A stretch of DNA of 64,000 bases from Iphione sp. A-MEVVRFRX5 (GCA_976226885.1 OZ320322.1:42966001-43030000), one strand, 5' to 3'; positions 46,355-60,376 are shown, counted from the stretch's first letter. The notes: a model not told the origin generated them from the sequence alone. A program made the numbers and translations.

Positions 46355-47847
46355 CAGGCCTTCCCTCTGCCTTCTCCCACTCCTCACTCCACCCTTTTCC
46401 GCCTCTTTAGCGTTGGTAGCCTAAAAAGTACCGTTGGGGAAGTGGCACGTTGTAAGCCAGAAAATACTATGATCGAAATGCTTTTCACTTGGAACAAAAA
46501 TTGGTTGTGCCCCTGGAGTAGTTTTCTTGGTTTTGTCGTGCACGTGTATACTACACCTTGTATTTGTATTTCTTTCTGACTTTTTGGAGTGGTTTTAAAA
46601 GAAAACATGAAAAGAATACTGATGTACGGGTTTAGTAAGTACTATGTCCTTACTCGGTAAATACTTTGCTTCACAAGTTCCCATCACTGACAACACCAGC
46701 TAGTTACATGTGTATACATTTAGATTGGTACGCTCGACGTTTCGAGATCATCTCCCAAACCATGTCAACTGACCTAAGGTACAATTTAGATAATTTTTCA
46801 GGTATGTCCCACCCTTGCTTATCTATGATAGACCTATGTATATTAGAATATACTATATTCACCTTTCATTCAGTACTATAAATAATATATTGAGAGACGT
46901 GGCTTGTGGCTCTGTACCAGCTGATGCTTCCTTGAATAAGTGAAAGTGTTCCACAGTAACTGCCGTTGCTATGCCCTCCCATTTTGATGTCATTGGTTCA
47001 CTATGGGTACCCTTGGGGATCTAAACAAATATTTATTTTGCTCAAATTGAGCTGTTTAGACCTAATTTGATTGAGATTTTGCTCAAATATATTCCTTAAG
47101 TGGTTCTTGTGCTTAAGTTGGGGTATGGTGTTCAAGGTTTTGCCCATTGTGGCTCATCAGGCATCATGTGTTTGGCTGGTTCAAGGTGTACAACAATTGT
47201 TGATTTTGCCCCTCCTCAGTGATTCTGTGGTGGAGGCAGTATGTTTGATCTGTATAGCTATTGGGAATTGTCCCATGTTTGGTATTCTGGGCCACTTAGA
47301 CCCATTATAGTAAATAAAAAAACAGTACTATAAATAACCCTTATGAAAAAATATCATTTGACCCATACCTGTCATAGGGGAAAAAACATGTTTTGGCATT
47401 CATTTCATCCAATTATCCTATTGTTGCGCACCAGTACTTTTTCTCGTGAAATCACAGGTATGACTTCGTGTGTTTACATGTTTACACACGATATAGTTCT
47501 TCTATTAACGTGGTAAAGCTGCAGCCATGTAAGAAGTGGGAATACATATGATTATCCATCTCCAAACTGCGGCTGAATGCATCTCAGAACATGTTTTCGG
47601 ACGGCCTAAGCACGTCCCGATTGTCATAACAGAAGAGTTGATTGTCTGTGTGTACAGGATGTGAACGTTACATTGGCTGTGAAGATGATTCTGTTCACAG
47701 ACAATGACACTTCCCCCAGGCTGCTATCAGTGCCGTCTCGTAATTGATCGGCGGTTATTTCGGTTGGGATTAACCCCGCCTTCCCCGGCGTTACTGAGGC
47801 AGAAAATGGCCTGATTGTTAACGAGGCTTTCCCACGCAGCCTGAGTG

Positions 47848-48022
47848 NNNNNNNNNNNNNNNNNNNNNNNNNNNNNNNNNNNNNNNNNNNNNNNNNNNNN
47901 NNNNNNNNNNNNNNNNNNNNNNNNNNNNNNNNNNNNNNNNNNNNNNNNNNNNNNNNNNNNNNNNNNNNNNNNNNNNNNNNNNNNNNNNNNNNNNNNNNNN
48001 NNNNNNNNNNNNNNNNNNNNNN
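47848..48022. other. Assembly gap (N run)
   Basis: Directly visible. Confidence 1.
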
Positions 48023-49962
48023 TGCACACCGCCGGCTGACCCGTGAGGTTAGGCGGTACCCGCTCTACGGGATGCCGTCCAGGGCTCTAACTAGGGGTGG
48101 TGTCCCCACACGTATGACAACGAATACAAACAACTAGATGAATATATACATACAGGAAAGGGGATGTCAGAGGACAGCCTAAATGATGGGAAACGCCCTG
48201 ATGGCGCCAAAGAAGAAAACTAGATGTGCACATCCATAAATACATTCGTGAAGAACGAATGGAGTGCCAGCACCTAAACCATCATCGCGCGCTTGCTGTA
48301 CTTGCGGTCTTGTTATTGACCGTCTCAATGGTGTAAAGGCCTGCCATTAAGTGGACACCGTTAACAAATTTCATTTACATGTACATACATTTTTATATGG
48401 TGTAGAGATTGCACAGGGCCATAAGTTTTGTTTGAGTGTATCCGTAAGGTGTTGTCAGCAAAGTTTCGGCGGTATAATGTATTATGTATATTGTTAGTAA
48501 AGAATGCCAGGATGATCTTTTCACCCATGATACTTCAGTTGCTGCCCAGTAAGTGACGTTAAGAGAGTCTCCAAACTTTTTTTTCAAAAATCTGTTCTAT
48601 GCTAGCTATGGCTTTCATTGATGTCCCCAATATAATCCAGTCGAAATAGGCTTTATTACTGAAAGTATACAGGATAGTCCAGAATGCGCATAATATAAAA
48701 GGGTTATTTGAAGGCTTGAGTGACCCCTCACTAATCCGGTCGTGCTTGGTACCAAGCTGATTTAACCAGAATAGCGAGTGATCATATCACTGAAGAGCCA
48801 TGGATGTGTATTGATTAATTCAGTTTCAGGGTCCATTAGTTGCAATAGCGAGGTCGCTGTATTAGGGAGGTGTTCGCAGACCAAAGGGTCACTATAGTCT
48901 GTAACAAAGTACACCACGAAACAAATTAACGCAGCTCAGAAAATAGCTTGATTCGTTTCTAAAAGACAGAAGGTCCGAAGCCAGTCACTGCTGTGAATAG
49001 ACCATTGTTAAATGAAATGATTCAGTCTGGTTATGCCACTTACACGAGACATCACAGCACATCATCGAAATTAAATACATAAACTCTGACATAGAGTAAA
49101 ATTTTCAATTTCGACTCTGACCTCGGATCAAGACTGGTTCCAATACTAAAGTCACCAACCAATTCATTATTTCCTATCTTCCCGACTTTATGTCATTGCT
49201 TCGTTTCTTGCCATTTTACTTTAGTCAGACTGTAGTAGATCTTGGTTGTCCTTATGTTTTCAGTGCCTTGTCCTTCCTCTCTGTACTATGTAATGTTTTA
49301 TAATCAGTCAGATCATACATGCATCTTTTAGAAACCCTTTTCATTATTGTACACAGTATCCATAATTTTTTATATCTGTATTCATGTATTCTTATGGTCA
49401 TTCTCCTATTGATTCAGAGTATAACACAACTGTATCACTAGTCATGTAACTAAAGTAATTAAGATAAAGGGCAGACATTATAAGATGCAGTCGATTAAGG
49501 TGGCTAATTATCCACTCCAAAAGGCAAAGTGATAGCTCGACAAAGCACTCACTATAAGATACATAAAAAGCCATGTACGCAAGGCTTATACAGTCAAAAG
49601 ACAGATTCGGTTATCAGACAAGGAGGTAAAGGAGTGCAGTGACTAAACCATAGCTTAACGGGGATTGATTACACAGTGAAGAAAGGACTAAAACGATACA
49701 CGTACATGGAACGTTCGAAAGATACGGTTCATTACATACTTGGATGACCTACGAGTATGTGCTTTTGTTGGTTGAATTGAAATACATGCACATGTAAAAT
49801 ATGGAAGGAGGCTGACTACTGTAGTTTAAAACTAGTTGGCTTTTATCCAAGAAACAGATTATCAGGTTAAATCTGGATTACACAAGCTGTCTCATTCTTT
49901 AGGTGTGAGTGTTACAGAGAGCAGGGCCCAACTCATGCACATGTAATGGGGACGTCGGGAAC

Positions 49963-49967
<5 letters not shown>

Positions 49968-50005
<38 letters not shown>
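49968..50005. repeat. (AT)n microsatellite
   Basis: Directly visible. Confidence 0.97.
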
Positions 50006-50010
<5 letters not shown>

Positions 50011-51300
50011 AGGGTCAATCTTTTTCTCATCTGTGTATAAATACTACAAAGCTGATTTTGTCATCGTAAGAAACTTTGTGATTGAGGAGTGATGAGACAT
50101 AAAACTCATATAAAGTGTGATGTCTTCGCTGAGGCAAAGTACAGACTGTGGTAGCTATTTCACATGTTTTAAGCAGTTTTTAACTTCAGGTACATAAATT
50201 GCCATAATCACCCACAGTGATGCAGCTCACAGTTTCATGTGGGCACTCATTTATATAACCGGAGGACTCTTCACAGCTTCAGTCCGGTAAGAACTGTTCT
50301 CGTCCCCAACCTCCAAGGGATCACTGCTATCTGACCTTACTTCAGAACGCTATGTCAGATGAATTGACCGGTCGCGTGTACAGAACGTAGCTATGATGCG
50401 TGTAATCGGCCAGTTGATTGTTGGACATGATATCCATACAGACACATGCCATTGGCTTATTTCTGTTGTATTTTAAATAACATACTTACTGTGTAGGGTG
50501 TAACATTGTGTTGGTCAACTGCGTGTACTCAGGCATATGATTCAGTATGCAAGCGTGGTGATAGGCGATAAGAGGTGGGGACAATAGACCTTTCGAGACG
50601 TTCCATTCTTTCGTCCAGATAGGAAGAACAAGTCCTATTTGTAGAGGAACCTTACTACTCAGTACCGCTTCAAGGCGAAAGGAGTGGCCACGTCTGTGTC
50701 TACCGTTTGTACCAATAGAATGACAATGAAAAAAAATGAAACTAAACGTCGTCTTATTTCGGTGCTCGACCGTAATGGATGGTGCGTACGGGGAATTACT
50801 ACCCAGACAGTCTGTCATAGTACGTTTCTTATGAGGCTCAGTACCGTTTTCGTGCGTATATCTCACCATGCAGCATCCTTTCTCAGTTGCAGGTCCGCTT
50901 GAGTCTCTGTTATGGAGCAAGAACCTCACAGCCAAAAGACCTATCTACGTGCAGCTATATGTCCATTTTTAGGATGAAATTCTAGTCTTGAAAAAGACAT
51001 ATGCCGCTCACTGATGGAGTGAGTCCTGGCTAATTGGCCACTGTAATTAAGGCCTTCAGCTGAGCTCCATCCAGAAAGAGTTGACAGAGTATGCGAGAAT
51101 TTTGGGAGGTGTCCTCAGCCTGATGTTGACACAGAGAGACCAGGGAGAGCAATACTGTGTCAACGTGGGCGTCACTGACGAGTGGGAGACTAACACTGAT
51201 GGTTATATTTGTCATCAGGGATCCATGCGTGGGTGAAGGCATATAAATATATGTAATTGACTACAAAAAAATCTAAGTTATATACATACACATGCATATA

Positions 51301-51924
51301 CAGTCCACTCTCTCAATTCCGGACACCCTCCGTTCTGCTTCAAACTGTCCGCATTTGGGACGCGTCCACATTGGAGATCGCTACAGGGGGGTCAAACTAG
51401 AAAATGAAATCCCTTTCTCCCTCTCTCTCTAACCAGTTAAGGTCCAAAAAGTACTGAATTTGACCAGTAAAAGTCCTAAAAGTCCTGAATTTGACCAGTA
51501 AAAGTCCTAAAAGTACTGAATTTGACCAGTAAAAGTCCTGAATTTGACCAGTAAAAGTCCTGAATTTGACCAGTAAAAGTCAAAAAAGTACAGACAGTCC
51601 ACAGGGGTTATTCATGTCTACCTTTGAAAATGGACTCCTGGAGCCTCTCTGGGGCCTGAATTTCGCGCGACAACACCTCGTCTACAGGGGTTATTCATGT
51701 CTACCTTTGAAAATGGACTTCTGGAGCCTCTCTGGGGCCTGAAATTCGCGCAACAACACCTCGTGGAGGTGTCCAGAGGGAGACGCTTTCAAAAATTAGC
51801 TGTCCTGATTAGAGACGTCAGCTTATAATAGGAAACAATAGGAAATCAGTTCGTTCTGGGTCAAATCGTCCGCATTGGAGACGTGTCCGCTTCCGAGATG
51901 CGTCCGCAGGCAGGGAGTGTACTG
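51301..51924. mobile_element. Tc1/pogo-type MITE (copy A) with internal tandem arrays
   Basis: TA|CAGTCCACTC ... GAGTGTACTG|TA. Contains a GAATTTGACCAGTAAAAGTCCT array (about 51447-51590) and two ~83-bp units (51601-51763). Confidence 0.8.
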
Positions 51925-52052
51925 TATATGTTAGGGGCCATTCATTAATCTGTGTGATTCATGGATTGCACTGCCCGTTTCAGGTCACACAACCATTTCA
52001 GAATTGCCCTGATTTGTATGCATGCAGTTCCTAAATTTGTACAATGTCAGAA

Positions 52053-52260
52053 TTACTTACTAACTTACTTAATCCTCTTCATTCCAATCAGAACATACGG
52101 CCCACACTGCAGATCTCCATTTTGCTCTATCTTGGGCAGCTCTCTTGGTTTCACTCCAGGTCATGTTGATGCCTTTGAGTTCTGCCTGTAGAGTTTTTCT
52201 CCAGTTGTTGAGCGGTTATCCTCTCTTTCATTTTCCCTTTGGGTTCCAATCTAGGGCATG
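52053..52260 (-). mobile_element. RTE-clade LINE 3' end
   Basis: ALDWNPKGK*KRG*PLNNWRK..TWSETKRAAQDRAKWRSAVWAVCS* followed by a (TAAG)n-like tail. Confidence 0.85.
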
Positions 52261-53662
52261 GCATGGAATGTGAGCCTATCCTCTACACAGGGTGTGTCCG
52301 ACCCGACCCGGAATGTGAGCTTGTCCTCTACGCAGGGTGTGTCTGACCCAACCCCACTTCCTCATCTGGATACTCTTTACAATTTTGGAATAGAACTATG
52401 CTATTTCAGGATGGCGCTGCATGATCTTGGAATTTGTCTGATACCCAAGCCCTTCCCAATTTGCACAAACAGTGGATCTTGCATGATTCCAAAATTATGC
52501 AGGGCTATCTAGGAATTCAGATAACAGGGGATTCAAAAATGACAAAAGATGCAAAAATTGTAATGGAAAGTCGAGGTCTTTTTAGAAGTCCTCACACATG
52601 GGGGAACTGTGATGAAATTAAGGAAAATTGTGAAGAAATTGTCAAAAAGTTTAGCTGATTTCCATATCATTTGAATAAGAAAAAGCTTCCACACGTTGGG
52701 CTCATATTCAAGAAAAAAACTAAAAACGTCTATAGATCGGATGCAGTTCGAACAATTTACATGAAAAAAAACTTGGAATTTCCACAGAATGGACTTAAAT
52801 CCGACAACATTGCACCAATAAACTTTAAAATTTCTAAATTAGGTATGTTTTTTTAAACACGATCTATACGCACACGCACACACTTGCTCTAGCCTGATAC
52901 TATGTACTTATATTCTATGCTACTTGCACAATTCCGGAATAGTGCAGCGTTCGTGCTAAGATCAGTTGCACAATTCCAGAATGTTTGCGCAAACATGGAA
53001 TTTATGAATAATGAAGAAAAGAGGACTTTGTTGAGCATCACTTGTTAGGGCTGCATAATTCTGGAGTAGGACGTATTCACAGATTTGGCGGAATATACAC
53101 CTGTATATCATACATTTGTAAGGTGGCCAGAACTGTGGTCGTCAATAAAGTATGGCTAGTTTTTTCATTGAATGATTTTTCTTTCTAGTAGAGATAACTT
53201 CGACCTTCAGAAGTGTGTGAAACATGTTATTGATTCAGTGTCGCTGTCCTTTTTCATCCTCGAGTGTAACTTTATCTTGGAACACACGGTCGGCTGACCT
53301 GTGAAGTTCCGCTGGTGGACACCACCTTTAAAAGTTTTTTTTCGTAGAATGATAAATAATCATAACTGAAGTTCAGATCTCGTTTTCAGTCTTCTTCTTT
53401 AAGAGTCCGTGTATCTGATCTACTCGAGATATGAGCGACATGATTCCACGGAGACAACTGATATGCTGTCTTTATCTTCAATCACCTTCATAATATATTC
53501 CCGTTTGACAATACGTAGACCTGTACATGTATACATGTATAATATAGTTGTTTTGTTTCATCGTGTCTACCTCCCATCCTGTTAGTTCATCTGTTTAAAA
53601 GTACATGTATATTCTCGCTTGTGTCAAGTGATCGCCTGTTTGTCTTTCTGTCTGTCTCTGAA

Positions 53663-53664
<2 letters not shown>

Positions 53665-53735
<71 letters not shown>
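53665..53735. repeat. (CT)n microsatellite
   Basis: Directly visible. Confidence 0.97.
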
Positions 53736-53737
<2 letters not shown>

Positions 53738-53921
53738 CATTCCTCTCTACATCTCTTTCTACCCCTCTCTCCCACCCACCCCCACCCCCAGCCCTCCAGT
53801 GTACGTTCAGCGGGCGCCCGCTCGCTGCCTATCCTCTGGGTCTAGAATGTAAAGATTTCCCTTGGTATCTCCTAACAGTCTTCTCTCTCCTTACCGTGCA
53901 CCGCCGACGCCGCCCCAGGCC

Positions 53922-54044
53922 ATGTCGCAGAGCGAGCCGCCGACTCCCCGCCGGCCCGGTAGGTCGCCCCACCCCGACCGGAAGTCCATCACCAGCACTA
54001 AGCAGAAGCGGAAGTTGCTTCAAAGACGCGACGCCTCCGAGTCG
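53922..54044 (+). CDS. Candidate first coding exon of an unidentified gene
   Basis: GC-rich. CCCCAG|GCCATG provides both an acceptor and a Kozak context. Encodes 41 codons MSQSEPPTPRRPGRSPHPDRKSITSTKQKRKLLQRRDASES, then donor |GTGAGT, phase 0. Confidence 0.5.
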
Positions 54045-54506
54045 GTGAGTTTCCTGCTTTCTCTTCACTTCAGTCGAGGCCTCCTCGGGCGGGCACGCGC
54101 CGGTTAGCTGGTAGCTTACGTCGCTCTGCTGTCTCCACCCTTTTTCTTCCCATTTTCCCCCCGTTATCGTACGGCTCCATATCATACACCACTCTCATGA
54201 ACGACTCTACAATAGAGCTCGATGCCGCCCCGCCCGAGGAGATTCCACTTCAGGGGGTGGGGTTTTGGGCTGGGCTGGGATATTCGTATTCAGTATCAGC
54301 TAACATCAAGGAAAGAGGATCTCAGTCTTGCAATTACAGACCGCCGTATATATCCCAGGAGTAAAAGGTATGATAGACCCAAAGGTTATATCATACAGTG
54401 GTTAGTAAACCCAATATGATGTGTACAGCTGGTCCTGTATAAATACATCTATTTTTCATTATATTATCTCATGATTAAAATGTCTATATAAAGCATCCTA
54501 CTTATA

Positions 54507-55000
54507 CTGCAACGTCCCCTTGCGGACACATCTGGGATGCGCTTGCATCTCAAATTCGGACGATTTGAAAAAGAACCGAAATGTTTCCTATAGTTAAGCA
54601 ATTTACTAATACGTCTATAATGAGGACAGCTAATTTTAGAGAATGTCCCCCTACGCACACTATGGATGTGCAAAAATCGGCGGGTTTAGACCACGAATTT
54701 GCAGGTTTAGACCCTGAATTTGCAGGTTTAGACCTCTAATAGGTTGGTTTGGACTGCCATAGGTGTAAGAGTGACAAATATTGGCAGGTTTAGACAGTGA
54801 AATGGCGAGTTTAGACCCCTAATTGGTGGGTTTAGACTTTTATTCGTCAAATTCTGTACTGTTAGGACTTTTAATTGTCAAATTCGGTACTTTTAGGACT
54901 TTTTAGTCTTATACTACTCTCGATCTATAAAGCGGACACGTCTGAAATGAGGACAGTTTGCGGAAGAACCGAGGATGTCCGCATTCGGGACGTTCAACTG
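54507..55000. mobile_element. Tc1/pogo-type MITE (copy B), same family as 51301-51924 but inverted
   Basis: Its right end, reverse-complemented, matches the left end of copy A at 58 of 80 positions. It carries the reverse complement of the AAAAGTCCTAAAAGTACTGAATTTGAC array plus GGTTTAGACC repeats. Confidence 0.75.
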
Positions 55001-57598
55001 CGAGAGAAGGAAAATGCTTGTTAATTGATGGTGCTTTTTCACCCACTGACTGCGCAAAAAGGCAAGTATATATCAGGCAACTGCGCCTTAATACCAGGTT
55101 GCCTGTGTTTATATACACGAGACAGTGCATGTTTTTGGTGTAAGGAACACCTGCCCCGAGGACAAAATAAGTCTTAATGGAGTCGAAGTAGATACGTCAT
55201 TGACACTGGTGTTGACCAGGGCTGTAGAGTATATCAACACCTAATTGATAACAGAAGTGTGAACGCCCGAGTTTCCCTAGTCAGGCAAAGACTGCTAGAA
55301 CTGTCTAACCTTGAGCTTTTTATTGACACTTCATCGAAGGCCACAGTATAGGAAGAATACGATAAAGGGAATGATGAGTCCTGCAAAATTTGTGTAGAAG
55401 TACAGGATTTATTGATTTTCGTTTTTCAGATTGACCTTTTAAGGAGATTTTGCATAGCTACAGAAAACGACAGGGTCCTTGACTTGTTCGGATGTATTGA
55501 CTCATTCTGTTCCTAAGATGTTGTATAAGACATTGTTTTTCGTGTTTTTCTGCTTACTTTTTCTTTTGCTATAATAACCATCATCAGTCATAAACGGCTC
55601 GTGCAGACAGACAATGATTATGCATTGACTTTCTTATGAAGACACGGGATACCCGCATCGGGATGTTTTTCTCTCCGGGGGAAAGGCTTTCTACCCCGAG
55701 ATGTTTCCCACAGACCGGCACAGACCTCTATTATTGGGAGGTACCGAGCCAAGTGTTCCCAGGACTCCCAGTGTCCCATCGGCACACACATACACACACA
55801 CGTTTAAAAAAAAATCCTGCATACATACGTACCAACACGAAAAAAAAAACAGCCGTACGCCCATACAGACCTGCGGTATCCACATGATTAGACGCAGACA
55901 ACGCAGGCATATAGTAGTAATACAAAATGCTATCATATGTGCATAAATATAATCAAGCCTTATATATTGTAGATGATACAATCCTGACATAAACAAGGCC
56001 GCCATGTGTGTGTGTCGTACACACGTATCAGATGTTGAGCAAGTGCCTCTGTGATTAGTGTCTGCTCGAAATAACCATTCTTGAATGGAAAGCTGTTGTG
56101 TGGTTTTGTCCCTGCCATTTCTAAAGTTTATTTGCTTTCACGCACGTGTAAATCATCAGATGTAGCTGTCGGTTTTTCTCACCTGTAGACAATCTAATTT
56201 AGTCTCGAATGGACAGTGGGCTGTTTCATGCTGGTTCTGAACACAAAAAAAATGTTATGTATGAGTCCAGTATTCTGTCTTGTGTGCCCCGTGTACAGAA
56301 ACACATATACGGTGTATATAAACCCTGTTGACCGGCGAGTGGTCAATCTGTTATCTAGGCATAGAGTATGTTCGATATCGGCGGTCCCAAAGGTTAATGC
56401 CCGCGTTGGCAACCACTGACAACCTGTACACGTTGACACCACAGATGATAAGTAGCAATCAGCCAGCCTTCCGTTATCCATAGCCTGATACAGGTGAAAT
56501 ATAAGGATGAAAGCTTGATTCGCAGAATTCATCAAGATTGTATGAACGTTGAAACACCAAACATGCACTATAGTCATCCGTCTCGTCAATTAGGGGGAGT
56601 TTTATTGAGCTTTGCAACTGACTTTATGGCTGCACAGAACTGTTGGGTTTATTTTATGCTGGCCTCGCATTGACCCCCCCCCCCCCAGTTTTATGGCTGA
56701 TATCGGTTTTTTGAAGCCGGTCCCTGAACGTGGAGCCATTGCCGCGAGTGTCACATCCAAACTGTTGTGATAATCTGAGAGCTTGACTCCTGCCCTTTGA
56801 TACCGAATATCTACCTGCTGTTTCAGATCATATCTGACCTACTGCAGTCAGTATGAGGGTCCCCAACGTCTGCAGCAAGCAGACAGCAGTAGAATGAGTA
56901 TACAAGCCACCGGTTTTCTCAGTTGTCGAACATGTTTAGTGAAACAGGGATCCAAAGTGCCGACCGCCCCCAGACCACAGGCAGGCTGCCGTGTCTATGG
57001 CCTGAAAATTGACCCTGCGGTTGCCTCTGAGGAGAGGTACTCACATGAGTAGTAAACACAAAGCCACACTATCCTCTTACTTTTCAACCTAATCTAATGG
57101 GTCCTTCTCCGGAGACGAGGTTATCTGAAAACTAATCCTGGTGAGTGTGAGAAGACCACTGAGCTGGTAATAGGTTCAGTCCTACCACACACCTTATGGA
57201 TTTGTGGTCGACTTGATCAATTGGCCGCCATCAGGTGGCTTCAGCAGAGTTGACAAGGAGGGTGAAGAGATTGATAAACACGAGGTGACATGTTGCTTAG
57301 ATGGGGGCGAACTTTGTGATTGCAGCAGCGATGTTGAAGCTGTCTCCTTCGCTCTATGCTGCATCAGGATTTGTTAAGATTTCAACATGACATTGGATCT
57401 GCATCCCCATGCTGATTTCCCAGTACAGTGTATAACTTACTGGAGCTGGAATTGTATTGAGTGATAAGTTATCTTCTCGTTCCTCCTCAATTAAGTGCCA
57501 CAATCAAGACACACTCCGCCTTATCTGGACTCTATAGATGAAGTGCCTTTTCTGATGGAGGCGACTCCCCCACCACACCGAGCCCCCCACCCCCACCC

Positions 57599-57726
57599 TC
57601 ACTCCACTTGCCTTAGGTCCGCGGCCTTGGACTCGGTCGTAGACGTGTACGTGCTGAGAGGGGTCTCGACCTGAACGATCTGGCGCCGGAAGAAGTGTAC
57701 CCCCACGTCACACAAAATAAGTCGAT
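57599..57726 (-). CDS. Candidate terminal coding exon of an unidentified minus-strand gene
   Basis: Acceptor TGTTCAG|AT and GC3-rich codons: RLILCDVGVHFFRRQIVQVETPLSTYTSTTESKAADLRQVE*. No upstream partner exon established. Confidence 0.35.
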
Positions 57727-60376
57727 CTGAACAATGACACGCCGGCATCACCATCTGCATACTCGTATAGACATACACATAGTCTTGATGTAAAGAGAGG
57801 CAAGCATTGGAACTTTAGATTGTGTTACTTTAGAATACAGCTCCATATTGGCCCTTTTTTAAATTTTACAGTGTATCAGTATTTGGTAGATATCTGTTCT
57901 GGTTAAATTAACCATACATGCCAGGAGAACAACTCCGATATATCACATCAGTGAGATATTAGATCTAATATCTAGCACGGTTGATTACCTTGAAATCCCT
58001 GAAAAATAAGGTGCCTTATGAGCTGAACCTAGCGAAACCCTGATTTATCCACCTGAGGAGACTCATTTTTCCTCAAACCTAGGTGAAATCATGTATTTCA
58101 ACCATCCTGCAGGCAAATAGACGGTTTGCCATTGTGATGTCATCACTACCTTGACTTAATATGTTCCCCTGGCAACGACAGTGGTTTGGAAGCATTTGGC
58201 TTGACTTTCAAGAAAGCACCAAGGGCGCCAATCCCATGTCCATCCTAATCATTAATATTGGACGTATAGACTGTCTGAATGGTCTACAGAGCAAATATGG
58301 TAGTATTTTAACCCTTTTGTAGGGATACAGAGCTTTGCTTCGGTACAACTCCTAGTATGTGCTCGGTCGCACAACAGAGAAAAAAGAACTTTGTCCAAGT
58401 CTATACTTTAAATAAAACTTCTAGCATGTAACTCACCCTTTGTTACGAGAGGTATATGAATAATCAGATCTCACGGTCAGCTTATTCACATCGTCAAAAC
58501 CCTATTTGAGACCACCACTCTGGTCCAAGCTCAAATGGTAGCATTGGTGAATTTGGTCACAAATAGGGTATCAACTCTATAGAAATCACCATTTTTGTTT
58601 CGAACATTGTTAGTCGCAATAGGGAATGGTCGCAAATTGATGTGGTCGCAAGTAGGATTTCGACTGTATTTCTCGAAGTTCAGCGCTGGACTGATATGGT
58701 GTGCAGACATCTTGACTGCTTGCTGTTGGCTGCCGGATAGTATTGCCACAGTCACAGGGGCCCAGGGCTGCAAAGGTGCCCGCACCCCCAGCCCCCTCCC
58801 CCTTGATAGGTGACAGCATTTGACGGACAGTTCCCATACTTGCATTAATGTGTTTTGTGGCGTTGATTTACAAACACATACCTTACAGTCGATTTGCCTT
58901 CATGTGTGTGCTGCATTGACCAGTATGTTGGATTTGCACTATTTGTTTTTGGACATTGCCCATAAATTTCATGAAAGTACATGACTTGGTCCCTGTAATG
59001 CCAACAATTCGTGAAGTAGATTTCATTCAGGCATGAAGATGACTGGTAGTTATTTTTCCAGAAGAGCAAGGCGTCAAAGGTCAGGTTGAAAAGCCGACTG
59101 TGTGTGATACTTCTGCACATTTTTACACATTTTACGTTAAAGATCTACCTATTTTTTATCATTACATATCATTAACATAAAAAAACTGCAGGAAAAAATG
59201 CACATTTGGAAGAATTCTGGATATTTCACACTTGCAGGAAAAACAAAATGAAAATACATTGACAATCAGTAGAAACAAGGCAATGCAATGCAGAATGCAA
59301 GTAAGAAAGACCCGCTGCATTCCCATGCCCCATATGGTCAATAAAGATACAATGAAAATGCATTAACGCAAGTGTGAAAACCATCCCCAAATGGTACGTG
59401 GTGCTTACACTGACCTGAAACTGGTCTTTCCCCAAGAATTGCAGCCGTAATTAATACAAAAGATAGCCGAAATTGGCCTTTTCCGGTGAATTTCATCCTT
59501 TGGTAATAAAGAGATACCTCCCTCCCTCCCTGCCACAATTCTTCTCATCATGCCTTCTACTTTCCTTATGTCCTTCCTTCCACTCTCGAGCTCTGCCCCT
59601 CCGTCTCTCCCCCGTAACCTCCCTCCCTTCCTCCCTCCTTCCCTCCCTCCCCCTCCTGCCCCCATTCCACGCCGTCCCTGTCTGTGTAAGGACTGTCTCC
59701 CCATGTCAGCCATCGATTCTGCTGGCTTCCCCACTTCCTTCAGACTAGTCGACCTGTCTTTGATCACCTGATGGCGGTACGGCCAGACGGGACATTTGTC
59801 ACCGTCTGCCTTCCACCTGCCTCCATGGCTGCGTGGCCTGGCCGAGTCAGTTAAAGACGCTCACCTGCTGGCCGGGGAGCCCCGCAGACACAGACATGCA
59901 TATACATGCATACATAATACTCAGCGCCCTCCACGTTGGTTCCCGGAGACAAATAGCAGGCCATCGTAATAGCAAAATGCGCAACATAGCGAGCTGCGGC
60001 GAAGACGTTAGCAGCAGTCTGCAAGGTCTTTCGTGTCATGGACACCCGAAAGATAAGCGAAAAGCTGGGACAAATTATGTAGTCCACACTGTATTTTTAC
60101 GTGATTATTTCAACTTTGAGTAAATTTATCTATATGGAATGGAACAGTAATTGTTTTGTTGGTACTGCAGGTACTGTTCCTCATCCAGAGCCCCATCGAG
60201 TAAGATGAAACACGTAGTACATGTATACGGATCCCACCAACACAGAGAAGGACATATAGTTGGAGTTAGGCGCACATCTAAGAGTACGTTTCTTCTAGTT
60301 CGTGCATGGGGGATTATTTGGTAAGAGTTGCTTTAAAATGTTTGACAAAGATTGTGAACGCCTCTTCCCGGTTGCT

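Noticed and set aside
46900-47310. Second Penelope-like fragment on the minus strand (KNHLRNIF..NL)
   Set aside because: Similarity too weak to support without a search.
47720-48110. GC-rich, hairpin-prone sequence around the third gap as a structured RNA or foreign DNA
   Set aside because: Interrupted by Ns and has no recognisable RNA motif, so it cannot be assessed.
51447-51763. Regularly spaced repeats as a CRISPR array
   Set aside because: No unique spacers, eukaryotic context, and they lie inside a MITE.
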